Source: Gloeocapsopsis crepidinum LEGE 06123 (GTDB lineage: Bacteria; Cyanobacteriota; Cyanobacteriia; Cyanobacteriales; Chroococcidiopsidaceae). From it: 8,911 nucleotides of DNA. Location: positions 1 to 8,911 of the forward strand of contig NZ_JADEWN010000108.1 of the NCBI RefSeq assembly GCF_015207655.1, in the 5' to 3' direction. The first letter of the stretch is position 1. The number at the start of each line of letters is the position of its first letter. A model generated the notes under the pieces. That model did no database searches. It was not told where the DNA came from and saw nothing but the letters and a program-made list of their open reading frames with translations. Both the position numbers and the translations under genes were made by a program. Positions 1-7,005 of this stretch are shown here, piece by piece.

Positions 1-62
1 TGCTTGCCATTCTGATGGCCATCTTTGCGAAGATTAGAGGAGTCGCACTGTGGACACTTCAT
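1..62 (-). CDS. IS1-family-like transposase, N-terminal zinc-ribbon part; 5' partial CDS that runs off the left edge of the window
   Basis: The reverse complement of 1..62 reads ATG AAG TGT CCA CAG TGC GAC TCC TCT AAT CTT CGC AAA GAT GGC CAT CAG AAT GGC AAG = MKCPQCDSSNLRKDGHQNGK. The M-x-CPxC-x-S-x(3)-RK(N/D)G-x(3)-GKQ pattern is how IS1-type (InsA-like) cyanobacterial transposases start, as I remember them. Only 20 codons are visible. Confidence 0.4.
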   Translation of the reverse strand, partial: MKCPQCDSSNLRKDGHQNGK

Positions 63-132
63 CTAGACTGACCGAGTTTTGTTAACTCTTTCTTTTTTAG
101 CATATCCACTACTTATTCAGCAACGCCAAACT

Positions 133-351
133 ATGAACCAATTTACAATTGAACTTCCGCCTACGATCTCTAACGACGAAGCAAGACTGCTACTTGCTGC
201 CAAACTGTACGAAGTGGGTAAGCTTTCACTTGGCAAAGCGGCTAAACTTGCAGGTTATTCTAAAGAAACTTTTATCGAACTGATCAGCAAAATGAACATT
301 GCTGTCATTAACTATCCAGCAGCAGAATTGGATCGAGAAATCAGCTTATGA
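133..351 (+). CDS. UPF0175-family antitoxin-like protein, partner of the downstream DUF3368 PIN-like protein
   Basis: From ATG 133 the ORF reads MNQFTIELPPTISNDEARLLLAAKLYEVGKLSLGKAAKLAGYSKETFIELISKMNIAVINY. This carries the UPF0175 hallmark (LA..LYE.GKLSLGKAA.LAG.S...F..L....I.V.NY). Its stop overlaps the next start as ATGA at 348-351. The track's TTG at 79 adds 18 hydrophobic residues and would sit in the end of the adjacent IS, so I prefer ATG 133. Confidence 0.85.
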   Translation: MNQFTIELPPTISNDEARLLLAAKLYEVGKLSLGKAAKLAGYSKETFIELISKMNIAVINYPAAELDREISL

Positions 352-803
352 GTCACCCTGCTGTCACTGATAGCACCTGTCTTATTGGATTAGAACGAAT
401 TCAACGACTTGATATTTTGCCACAGGTATTCTCACCTGTGATGATTCCGTTTGCTGTTCAGGCTGAAGTTGGAATTACAACAACTTGGCTTACGGTTTTA
501 ACAGTAAAAAATCGGGCAGTTGTCGCCGCGCTCAACACGCAAATAGACAATGGAGAGGCTGAAGCAATTGCCTTAGCCTTAGAAATTGGCAACGTTTTTG
601 CGATTTTAGATGATTTGACGGCTCGTCGCGTTGCAACTCAACTGGGTTTAAAAGTCATTGGCACGATTGGAGTGTTACTCCGCGCCAAACAACAAGGGAT
701 AATTTCGGAAATCAGACCGTTGCTGATTGCCCTTGATCAAGCCGATTTTCGGGTTTCTGTGGCGCTAGTTCATCGGGCGTTGGAGATTGCAGGTGAATTA
801 TAA
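348..803 (+). CDS. DUF3368 PIN-like nuclease domain protein (VapC-like toxin candidate)
   Basis: The 151-aa ORF has an N-terminal VTDSTCLIGLERIQRLDIL, a central GEAEAIALALE and LDDLTARRVATQLGLKVIGTIGVLLRAKQQG. This is the typical DUF3368 layout, and the family is regularly paired with UPF0175. It shares a 4-nt ATGA overlap with the upstream gene. Confidence 0.85.
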   Translation: MSHPAVTDSTCLIGLERIQRLDILPQVFSPVMIPFAVQAEVGITTTWLTVLTVKNRAVVAALNTQIDNGEAEAIALALEIGNVFAILDDLTARRVATQLGLKVIGTIGVLLRAKQQGIISEIRPLLIALDQADFRVSVALVHRALEIAGEL

Positions 804-846
804 ATTTCCACTTTTTTGCAACACCTTAAAACAATCAAAGTGACAT

Positions 847-873
847 TTGACAAATTTGCGGGTTTACTAGAAT
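847..873 (+). promoter_or_regulatory. Possible sigma70-type promoter for the RelE-helicase operon
   Basis: TTGACA at 847-852 and TAGAAT at 868-873 are separated by a short 15-nt spacer, about 25 nt upstream of ATG 898. This is a consensus match only. Confidence 0.25.
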
Positions 874-897
874 AAGGCTGCCCACAGATATATCGTA

Positions 898-2973
898 ATG
901 CACTTTGAGATTATCCATAAGCCCACTTTTACCAACCAATTGCTCGCGATTCCCAAAGAGCGAGTGATGCAAATTTTGGAAAAGATTGAGGTTTTACGCA
1001 ACGATCCCAAACCGCACGGTAGCTTAAAGAAAAAACTGCACGGATACAAAGGCGATATTTACCGCCTGCGTTCTGGCGACTACCGCATTATTTATACTTA
1101 TGGTGACGGTTGGGTGGCGCTGCTAGGCGTGGATGCGCGTAAAGACATTTATAAAGGTGACAAACTGATCGCCGAAACAACAGAAATTGATGTCACGGCT
1201 TTTGCAGATCTCGATGAACTACTCACGCCGGAAAAAGCACCTGCAATTGCATTGCAATCATCGCCGGCAGAAATTTTACCCGTTGAACTCACCGCAGAAT
1301 TACTCGAACGTTTATTGATTCCCAAAGCTTGCTTTGCCGCATTGCTCGGCTGTCGTACTTTTGATGACTTACTTCTTGCCAATATTCCTGATGCGGTACG
1401 CAATCGCCTCTTTGACTGTATCACCGCACCCAACTTTGACCGAGTTCTCGACCAACCAAGTTTTGTTACAGGCGACGCGGATGCGTTACTGCGCTTCAAA
1501 GAAGGAGATTTGTTAGGTTTTTTACTCAAACTCAATCCCGAACAAGAAAAATTTGTCACTTGGGCAATCAAGGCATCAGGTCCTACACTGCTTAAAGGCA
1601 GCCCTGGCACGGGTAAAAGTACCGTTGCGCTCTACCGTACTCGTGAAATTCTACAACAGCTACAAGCAAATGGCGTGCATCGTCCGCGCATTCTGTTTAC
1701 AACTTATACCAATGCTCTCGTTACTTTCTCGGAGCAACTGCTACAACAGCTTTTAGGCAACAATGTGCAGTTTGTTGAGGTGAAAACCGCCGATGCGTTG
1801 ATGTACGCGCAGGTTTGTGCGGCGACAGGACAGCCAAAGATTGCTACGAATAAAGATTTGCTCAAATTGATTCGTCAAGCGATTGGCGACGCGATCGCCA
1901 CATTAGAAGGAAATGTCTTGCAACAGCAAGCGCAACGATTAACATTGCAACGGCTACAGCCAGAATATCTACTTGAAGAACTCACCGAAGTTATTGATGC
2001 TAGAGGAATTGACACACTAGAAGCGTATCAAGCAACTCCGCGTATAGGGCGTAGCATTCCGCTCAACAAAATTCAGCGACAAGCAATTTGGAATTTACGC
2101 CAGCACTGCAATCGCGCGATTGCAAGTCAAGGTATTGAAACCTGGGCGCAACTGAGATCGCGTGCGCTCTCAATTTGGCAAAGTCAGCCAACGTTGCTTT
2201 ACGATGCAGTAATTGTCGATGAGGCGCAAGACCTCAGTCCGGTGGCACTGCGGTTTTTGGTGCAACTGTGTCGCGAACCCAATCGTTTATTCGTTACTGC
2301 TGATGCGAATCAATCAATTTACGGTAGTAGTTTTCGCTGGAGTGAGGTTCATCAATCGCTTAGCTTTGTGGGACGCACGGGCATTCTCAAAATCAATCAC
2401 CGCACCACCAAAGAAATTGCCGAAGCAGCGCATTCTTATTTGCAAGAGGGCAAACTCGATGAAGACGACATCCAACAACAATACATCCATACCGGACCAT
2501 CTCCGGCAGTACGCGCAGTGAGCGATCGCGCGGCGGAGGGCGAACTATTGGCGCAATTTTGTCGCACAGCAGCGCGGGAATTTCGCCTCGGTTTAAGCGC
2601 TTGTGCGATCTTGGTTCCTACTGAAAAAATCGGTAAAAACATTGCAGGGCAATTAAGCTACCTAGGAATTGCGGCTCAGTTTATGACGAGTAAAGACCTC
2701 AATCTCAATTACAACGGAGTCAAAGTGCTACCGATCAAAGCTGCCAAAGGATTAGAGTTTCCGATAGTGGCGATCGCAGGCTTTTTAGATTCGTATTCTG
2801 CGATTCCTAAAGGTACACCAATGGAAGCCTCTGCAGAAATTCTGACTCGCGAACGGCGATCGCTCTATGTGGCAATGACAAGAGCAATGCGCGCGCTTTT
2901 GGTAATCGTGCCAGCGCAGCAACCCTCATTGCTCTTACAAAATTTCGCTCCTCATCTGTGGAATCTCGTATGA
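898..2973 (+). CDS. RelE/ParE-fold toxin-like domain fused to a compact UvrD-like (SF1) helicase / P-loop ATPase
   Basis: In the 691-aa ORF, aa 1-~88 show RelE/ParE/HigB hallmarks (KKKLHGYKGDIYRLRSGDYRIIYTY...GVDARKDIYK). Walker A GSPGTGKST is at 1597-1623 and motif II VIVDEAQDL at 2209-2235. Also present are FVTADANQSIY, a KINHRTT motif and a C-terminal SF1 motif, YVAMTRA, at 2866-2886. The stop overlaps the next ATG (ATGA at 2970-2973). Confidence 0.85.
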   Translation: MHFEIIHKPTFTNQLLAIPKERVMQILEKIEVLRNDPKPHGSLKKKLHGYKGDIYRLRSGDYRIIYTYGDGWVALLGVDARKDIYKGDKLIAETTEIDVTAFADLDELLTPEKAPAIALQSSPAEILPVELTAELLERLLIPKACFAALLGCRTFDDLLLANIPDAVRNRLFDCITAPNFDRVLDQPSFVTGDADALLRFKEGDLLGFLLKLNPEQEKFVTWAIKASGPTLLKGSPGTGKSTVALYRTREILQQLQANGVHRPRILFTTYTNALVTFSEQLLQQLLGNNVQFVEVKTADALMYAQVCAATGQPKIATNKDLLKLIRQAIGDAIATLEGNVLQQQAQRLTLQRLQPEYLLEELTEVIDARGIDTLEAYQATPRIGRSIPLNKIQRQAIWNLRQHCNRAIASQGIETWAQLRSRALSIWQSQPTLLYDAVIVDEAQDLSPVALRFLVQLCREPNRLFVTADANQSIYGSSFRWSEVHQSLSFVGRTGILKINHRTTKEIAEAAHSYLQEGKLDEDDIQQQYIHTGPSPAVRAVSDRAAEGELLAQFCRTAAREFRLGLSACAILVPTEKIGKNIAGQLSYLGIAAQFMTSKDLNLNYNGVKVLPIKAAKGLEFPIVAIAGFLDSYSAIPKGTPMEASAEILTRERRSLYVAMTRAMRALLVIVPAQQPSLLLQNFAPHLWNLV

Positions 2974-5132
2974 AGATTATCAAGCTTCCAGCAATTTTAC
3001 CTGGCGATCTGGACTTGGCAATTGTTAATCAACAGTTGCGCTCACGCACTGCCCAACTCGACTGGAGCGCTGTAATTTCAGCCCCAGAACAGTATCTTGC
3101 TGTATTGCTGGCAGGATTGGATCTTGATGACGATGCCGAAGTTCTCGACTGTGAAACTAGCACGTTATCCGATACGATTGCGCAGAAAGTTGCGCAGGTA
3201 CTGCTATCATCTGGTCAACCTCATATCGAATCCAAACCAACGGTTAATGCGATCGCACCGGCGCTTTGGCAGCAACCCAAATCGATTCCGCAACAAGATA
3301 ACGTTGCAGTGCCAAGTGTTTTTGAGGTTGAACACAACAATGAGCCAATTCTCCAACCACCTTCGTACTACCAAATTCGCGCCGAACTCGAACAAGCGGT
3401 ATTAGCAGATCTTTTAGGTCCCGCAGGCGGGGAATACGAAGAAATTGATGAAGCACGAGTGAGCGATCGCTATTTGGTTGGCTTAATAGCTCCTTTACAC
3501 CGCCGCCAGCGTTTGGAACAATCAGATGATGATGCGTTACAAACCGAGGAACTTACGACGGATCAAACCGGAAGCGTTGATCTTAGTATTGAACAACTCG
3601 ACGAACTTGCCGTAAATGGCGTAGGCACAAGCGACGATGGGACAACCGAACCCACCAATCCAACAGCTGAAACGATGTTTCCGTCTTCGATGGGGATGAG
3701 CTTTTGCGTGAGTGGAACTGCCACAGCAATGAGAATCACAGCCGGATGGGGACAATACAAGCGGATTGAAAGTGAATATCTAAAAAACGCAGCAGGGAAA
3801 GCAAAACAAATTTGGCGCAGACATCCAATTGTGGGGCAGTCACCAGCGATTTCGCTCACCGCTGGCAAAATTGCGCCTTGGCGCATCGATCCCGAACACG
3901 AGGTATATGTGCGCGGTCAAATTCGGGCGTGTGGTGATGATTGGATCGTGAGTTTATTTTTAGTCAATGAGCAACGCGAACCGCAGCGATCTCGCGATCA
4001 AGCATGGTTGTTTCAGCCTGAACTGAGCGTCGAATCGGCGACAAATCAAAAAGATATTTTTATTCGTAGAGTGCAAGTGCGATCACCAGGCAAATGTGAC
4101 CCTGGGCAGTATGCCGAAGAACAACTTATGGAGATGCTTTACCGACGTCACGTTGAATTTGCAATAGGACATGGAATCGGCGTTCATGCAGAGGTAGCTG
4201 CTGGAAGGACAGACCGCGCAGTTCGTCTTTGTACTCGCGTTGTTCCTGCATATGAGGTTCCTAAAACTGATGCACCGACATTCGATGAAGCTGGAACTGA
4301 ACTCGTTTTAGATATGAAGGAGTTAGCCAATTCCACGGCTGCGGAGTTGCTCGCAAAGCTAAATCCGCTTGTGCGTGCCTATGCAGATTGGATTGCCATA
4401 CAGAAAAATCGCGTTGCTCAGCTGCACGAATATGCGGACACTGCTAACGATGCCCTTGCAAATTGCGCTCGTGCCAAGGCGCGAATTCAGTCAGGGTTAG
4501 ATTTATTGCAAGCGGATGCGAAAGCACTTGCCGCCTTCCAATTTATGAATCAGGCAATGTGGCAGCAACGAGTTCATTCGCTGTATGCCGAACAGAAGCG
4601 ACGCGGTGAAGACGTGGAAATTAGCATAATTGACGTTGCTCAAAATCGTTCTTGGCGACCGTTTCAAGTTGCATTTATCTTGCTGAATTTACCAAGTATT
4701 ACAGATTTAGCGCACCCAGATCGCTGTCACGAAACTGCTGCGATCGCCGATCTGCTTTGGTTCCCGACAGGAGGTGGTAAAACCGAAGCTTACTTAGGTT
4801 TAACTGCTTACACAATTGGACTGCGACGATTGCAAGGAGCGATCGCCGGACGTTCGGGAGAATCAGGCGTAGCTGTATTAATGCGCTATACATTACGCTT
4901 GCTTACCCTCCAGCAATTCCAACGCGCAACCGCGCTGATTTGTGCCTGCGAAGCGATTCGCCGCGAACATCCTACCAAGTGGGGTAATGAACCATTTCGG
5001 ATAAGCTTATGGGTCGGTCAAAAAACAACTCCTAACCGCACCGAACAAAGCGAGGAATTTCTCAAACAAAAACTCGGACAATACCAATCAACGAGCAGCG
5101 GCTCTCCGCATCAAGTTTGGACGTATTGGTGA
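2970..5132 (+). pseudogene. N-terminal ~60% or less of a large SF2 helicase (DrmA/DruE-like, DUF1998-associated type), 3'-truncated by an IS630 fragment
   Basis: The frame is open from GTG 2958 or ATG 2970, and the ATGA overlap with the upstream stop favours 2970. About 590 aa of non-helicase sequence precede motif I, FPTGGGKTEAYLG (4761-4799), and a motif Ia-like MRYTLRLLTLQQFQRA. No DExH motif II or later helicase motifs follow. At about 5110 a different frame becomes IS630 transposase sequence, and the terminal residues VWTYW-stop are IS-derived. The family name is recalled from motif shape, not searched. Confidence 0.7.
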
Positions 5133-5601
5133 AGTGAGACGGGCATGGGTTCCCCCTGGGATTCGTCCAAGTGTTGCCAAGCAAATCGTGCGAGAATATA
5201 TTTATGCTTTTGTGGCGGTTGCACCTGCACTGGGAGAAATGACTGCTTTGGTGCTACCTTATGCCAACACTGAGATGATGAATCTGTTCTTGGAGCAGGT
5301 GGCAATTGAGTTTGCTGACTACTTCATCATTATTCAGGTAGATGGAGCTACTTACCATCACTCTGCTGGGCTAGTTGTACCTGAAAATATCCGGCTAATT
5401 GAGCAGCCTGCTCGTTCTCCAGAACTCAATCCAACTGAGCACATTTGGGAAGAGGTTAGAGAGAAGCATTTTTACAACAAAGTCTTCGACTCACTTGATG
5501 CTGTTACAGATGTCCTTTGCCAAGGCTTGCAGGAGTTAATGCTAGCTCCTGCAAAGCTGTCTTCCATGACCTACTTCCCTCATCTGAGAATTGTTCTTTA
5601 G
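5110..5601 (+). pseudogene. IS630-family (Tc1/mariner-like DDE) transposase, C-terminal fragment only
   Basis: Frame +1 reads IKFGRIGEVRRAWVPPGIRP continuously across the nominal GTG at 5134. It is followed by IIIQVDGATYHHS and QPARSPELNPTEHIWEEVREK, the classic IS630 DDE_3 C-terminal signature (SPELNP.E..W). The HTH N-terminal half is absent and no upstream start exists. Confidence 0.85.
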
Positions 5602-5604
5602 AAC

Positions 5605-5632
5605 GCGGTTTAGTATGAGTTAGCTAAACCGC
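5605..5632. terminator. Hairpin between convergent genes (possible bidirectional terminator or IS630-end structure)
   Basis: GCGGTTTAG (5605-5613) pairs perfectly with CTAAACCGC (5624-5632) around a 10-nt loop. It sits between the IS630 fragment stop (5599-5601) and the end of the minus-strand nuclease ORF, overlapping that ORF's last codons. There is no clear U-tract. Confidence 0.3.
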
Positions 5633-6083
5633 TCTTTAGCAATTCTTCCTGCAAAGACTTTTCTTGACCATCTTTCAGGGCTACGAATACTTCCGCCACC
5701 GTTCGACCGTAACGATCCTTTTCAATCGGCATCAGTATAATATTGTTACCCGCAGAAGCAACGAGCGATCGCGCGAAGTCGCGGCTTTCATAACCTAGCG
5801 GCTGATCCAGTTCGGGCGCATCAATGCCACACAATCGAATTTTTTGCTTCCCCCAATTTCCCTGAACTGTAAGAGTATCGCCATCGTGAATGTTAATAAC
5901 TTGGTACTCCTCAGATTGAGGAAGTTCTCGCCTTTCAGGAGCATTAACTATTTTATTACTACGTTCTTCACCATCTAACTTTGCACTAGGAGCAACAAAC
6001 TTTGGATAAATAACAAAGGCAATAACAAGAGCGATCGCTACGAGGGGTAAACCATTAACTAAATACCTTATCAAACTCTTCAT
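5610..6083 (-). CDS. Staphylococcal-nuclease (SNase/thermonuclease)-like protein with an N-terminal membrane anchor or signal; possibly 3'-truncated
   Basis: The 157-aa ORF has a hydrophobic N-terminus (LPLVAIALVIAFVIY). The SNase core motifs IHDGDTLTV, KIRLCGIDAPE and DRYGRTVAEV are present. The ORF ends at GLANSY-stop, whereas homologues as I recall them continue for roughly 30 more residues after GLA. Confidence 0.8.
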   Translation of the reverse strand: MKSLIRYLVNGLPLVAIALVIAFVIYPKFVAPSAKLDGEERSNKIVNAPERRELPQSEEYQVINIHDGDTLTVQGNWGKQKIRLCGIDAPELDQPLGYESRDFARSLVASAGNNIILMPIEKDRYGRTVAEVFVALKDGQEKSLQEELLKSGLANSY

Positions 6084-6306
6084 ATTTAAATCCGTATCTT
6101 CCGTAGTGTCGCAGGAGTGAGTGCAGCGTTAGTTTGGTGGAGGCTGCTGAGGGATTGAATGTGCAGTAGCAGCCTCGCTAAGTAAATTATTCCCTTCTGG
6201 TAAGAAATCAAATCATCGTGAACAATAAAAAAAGGGTGTGGTCAAAACCAGTTGGTAGAGAGGCAAGCTGCATTGGAAATAGCTAGGAGGTTGAAACTGC
6301 TTCTTT

Positions 6307-7005
6307 TTGTGGCAGTGTCACAGAAGGACTATTGCTCAACTACCAAAAGCCGCCATGAAGACCGGATATACTGATATAGTTGTTGAAATGAGCCAGAAGC
6401 TGTGCCAAGCGCTGTTGAAAAAAGAATCAGACTTAGCGCAAAAAGTCCATGAACTCGATGGCGAAGTTAACAAAATACTGCGGCGGGTAGGATTTTTTGT
6501 CGTCTCTCTAGTTTTAGCCGAACTTAGCACTTAGGTGACAAAAGAGGCAAGGGCAACAGGTCTAACCATACATCGAGCGTCTCGAATAAAATACTCTTCC
6601 CTGTTTGGCGTTAATGATAAACTCCACGCAACTGATAAAGGACTCGTAAAGCTAGTCATTTGGCAACTCAATAGCTATCACGGTCAAGGGCAAGAGCGCA
6701 TTGCTAATTTGTCTGGGTATTTAAAACGTTTCTCTAATGCCGTGCATTATGAAAAATTCCGCGCCCAAGGTCTTCCCATCGGTTCGGGGGAAGTTGAAAG
6801 CGCTCACCGCTATATTCCCCAAAAGCGCCTCAAAATTCCAGGAACCACTTGGCATCCAGATACAGTTAATCCGATGCTGGCTTTACGCATATTCGGGCTA
6901 ATGATTGGTGGGAGGATTTCTGGACGAAACAATCAGCTTCCTACTAGAACCCTATTCTACGAAAAGCCCTTTCGTGTAGTTTGTCCTACCTGCGTTACTG
7001 CTTAA
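6307..7005 (+). pseudogene. ISKra4-family transposase pseudogene (in-frame stop, internal deletion, frameshift)
   Basis: Two ORFs share one frame and are separated by TAG at 6532-6534. The C-terminal part carries the ISKra4 signature GLPIGSGEVESAHRYIPQKRLKIPGTTWHPDTVNPMLALR. The expected ending RANDWWEDFW is readable only in another frame from 6894, with a stop at 6945-6947. The combined length of about 230 aa is roughly half a normal transposase of this family, so the catalytic core is deleted. Confidence 0.7.

Larger units (their letters stand above)
1891..6038. repeat. Dispersed HIP1 octamers (GCGATCGC), 10 copies
   Basis: Exact GCGATCGC copies are at 1891-1898, 2522-2529, 2770-2777, 2856-2863, 3249-3256, 3463-3470, 4740-4747, 4839-4846, 5765-5772 and 6031-6038. 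I found none outside 1891-6038. HIP1 over-representation is a known cyanobacterial genome signature. Confidence 0.9.

Noticed and set aside
79-132. A TTG-initiated 18-codon N-terminal extension of the UPF0175 antitoxin ORF.
   Set aside because: The added residues are hydrophobic and lie outside the family core. ATG 133 gives a protein of typical UPF0175 length. The region probably belongs to the adjacent IS end.
867-1049. A 60-aa minus-strand ORF overlapping the start of the RelE-helicase gene.
   Set aside because: It has no recognisable motif and an odd composition (C/F/W/I-rich). It is antisense to a strongly supported CDS and its candidate promoter.
1149-2642. ORFs nested inside the SF1 helicase gene: 1149-1610 minus, 1334-1516 plus, 1553-1756 plus, 2213-2521 plus and 2436-2642 minus.
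   Set aside because: All lie within or antisense to a CDS with clear helicase motifs. Their translations are S/R/A/C-rich low-information sequences typical of off-frame readings.
3097-3886. ORFs nested inside the SF2 helicase N-terminal region: 3097-3405 plus, 3207-3395 minus, 3244-3456 minus, 3537-3755 minus and 3563-3886 minus.
   Set aside because: They are off-frame or antisense to the long ORF, R/C-rich and without motifs. The long frame is supported by its translational coupling and by the downstream helicase motifs.
5134-5136. GTG at 5134 as the genuine start of a 155-aa protein.
   Set aside because: Transposase-like sequence (IKFGRIGE) continues upstream of it in the same frame to about 5110. 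The ORF covers only the C-terminal half of an IS630 DDE transposase.
6140-6176. A 9-bp inverted repeat, GAGGCTGCT (6140-6148) / AGCAGCCTC (6168-6176), with a 19-nt loop in the leader of the nuclease gene. Also a possible minus-strand promoter (-35 TTGATT at 6206-6211, -10 TAATTT at 6184-6189, 16-nt spacer).
   Set aside because: The stem is short with a large loop, and the promoter is a consensus match only. It could equally be leftover IS-end sequence. The evidence is too weak to call a riboswitch, attenuator or promoter.
5111-6530. Antisense ORFs 5111-5305 minus and 6336-6530 minus.
   Set aside because: They are antisense to recognisable transposase sequence, short and without motifs.
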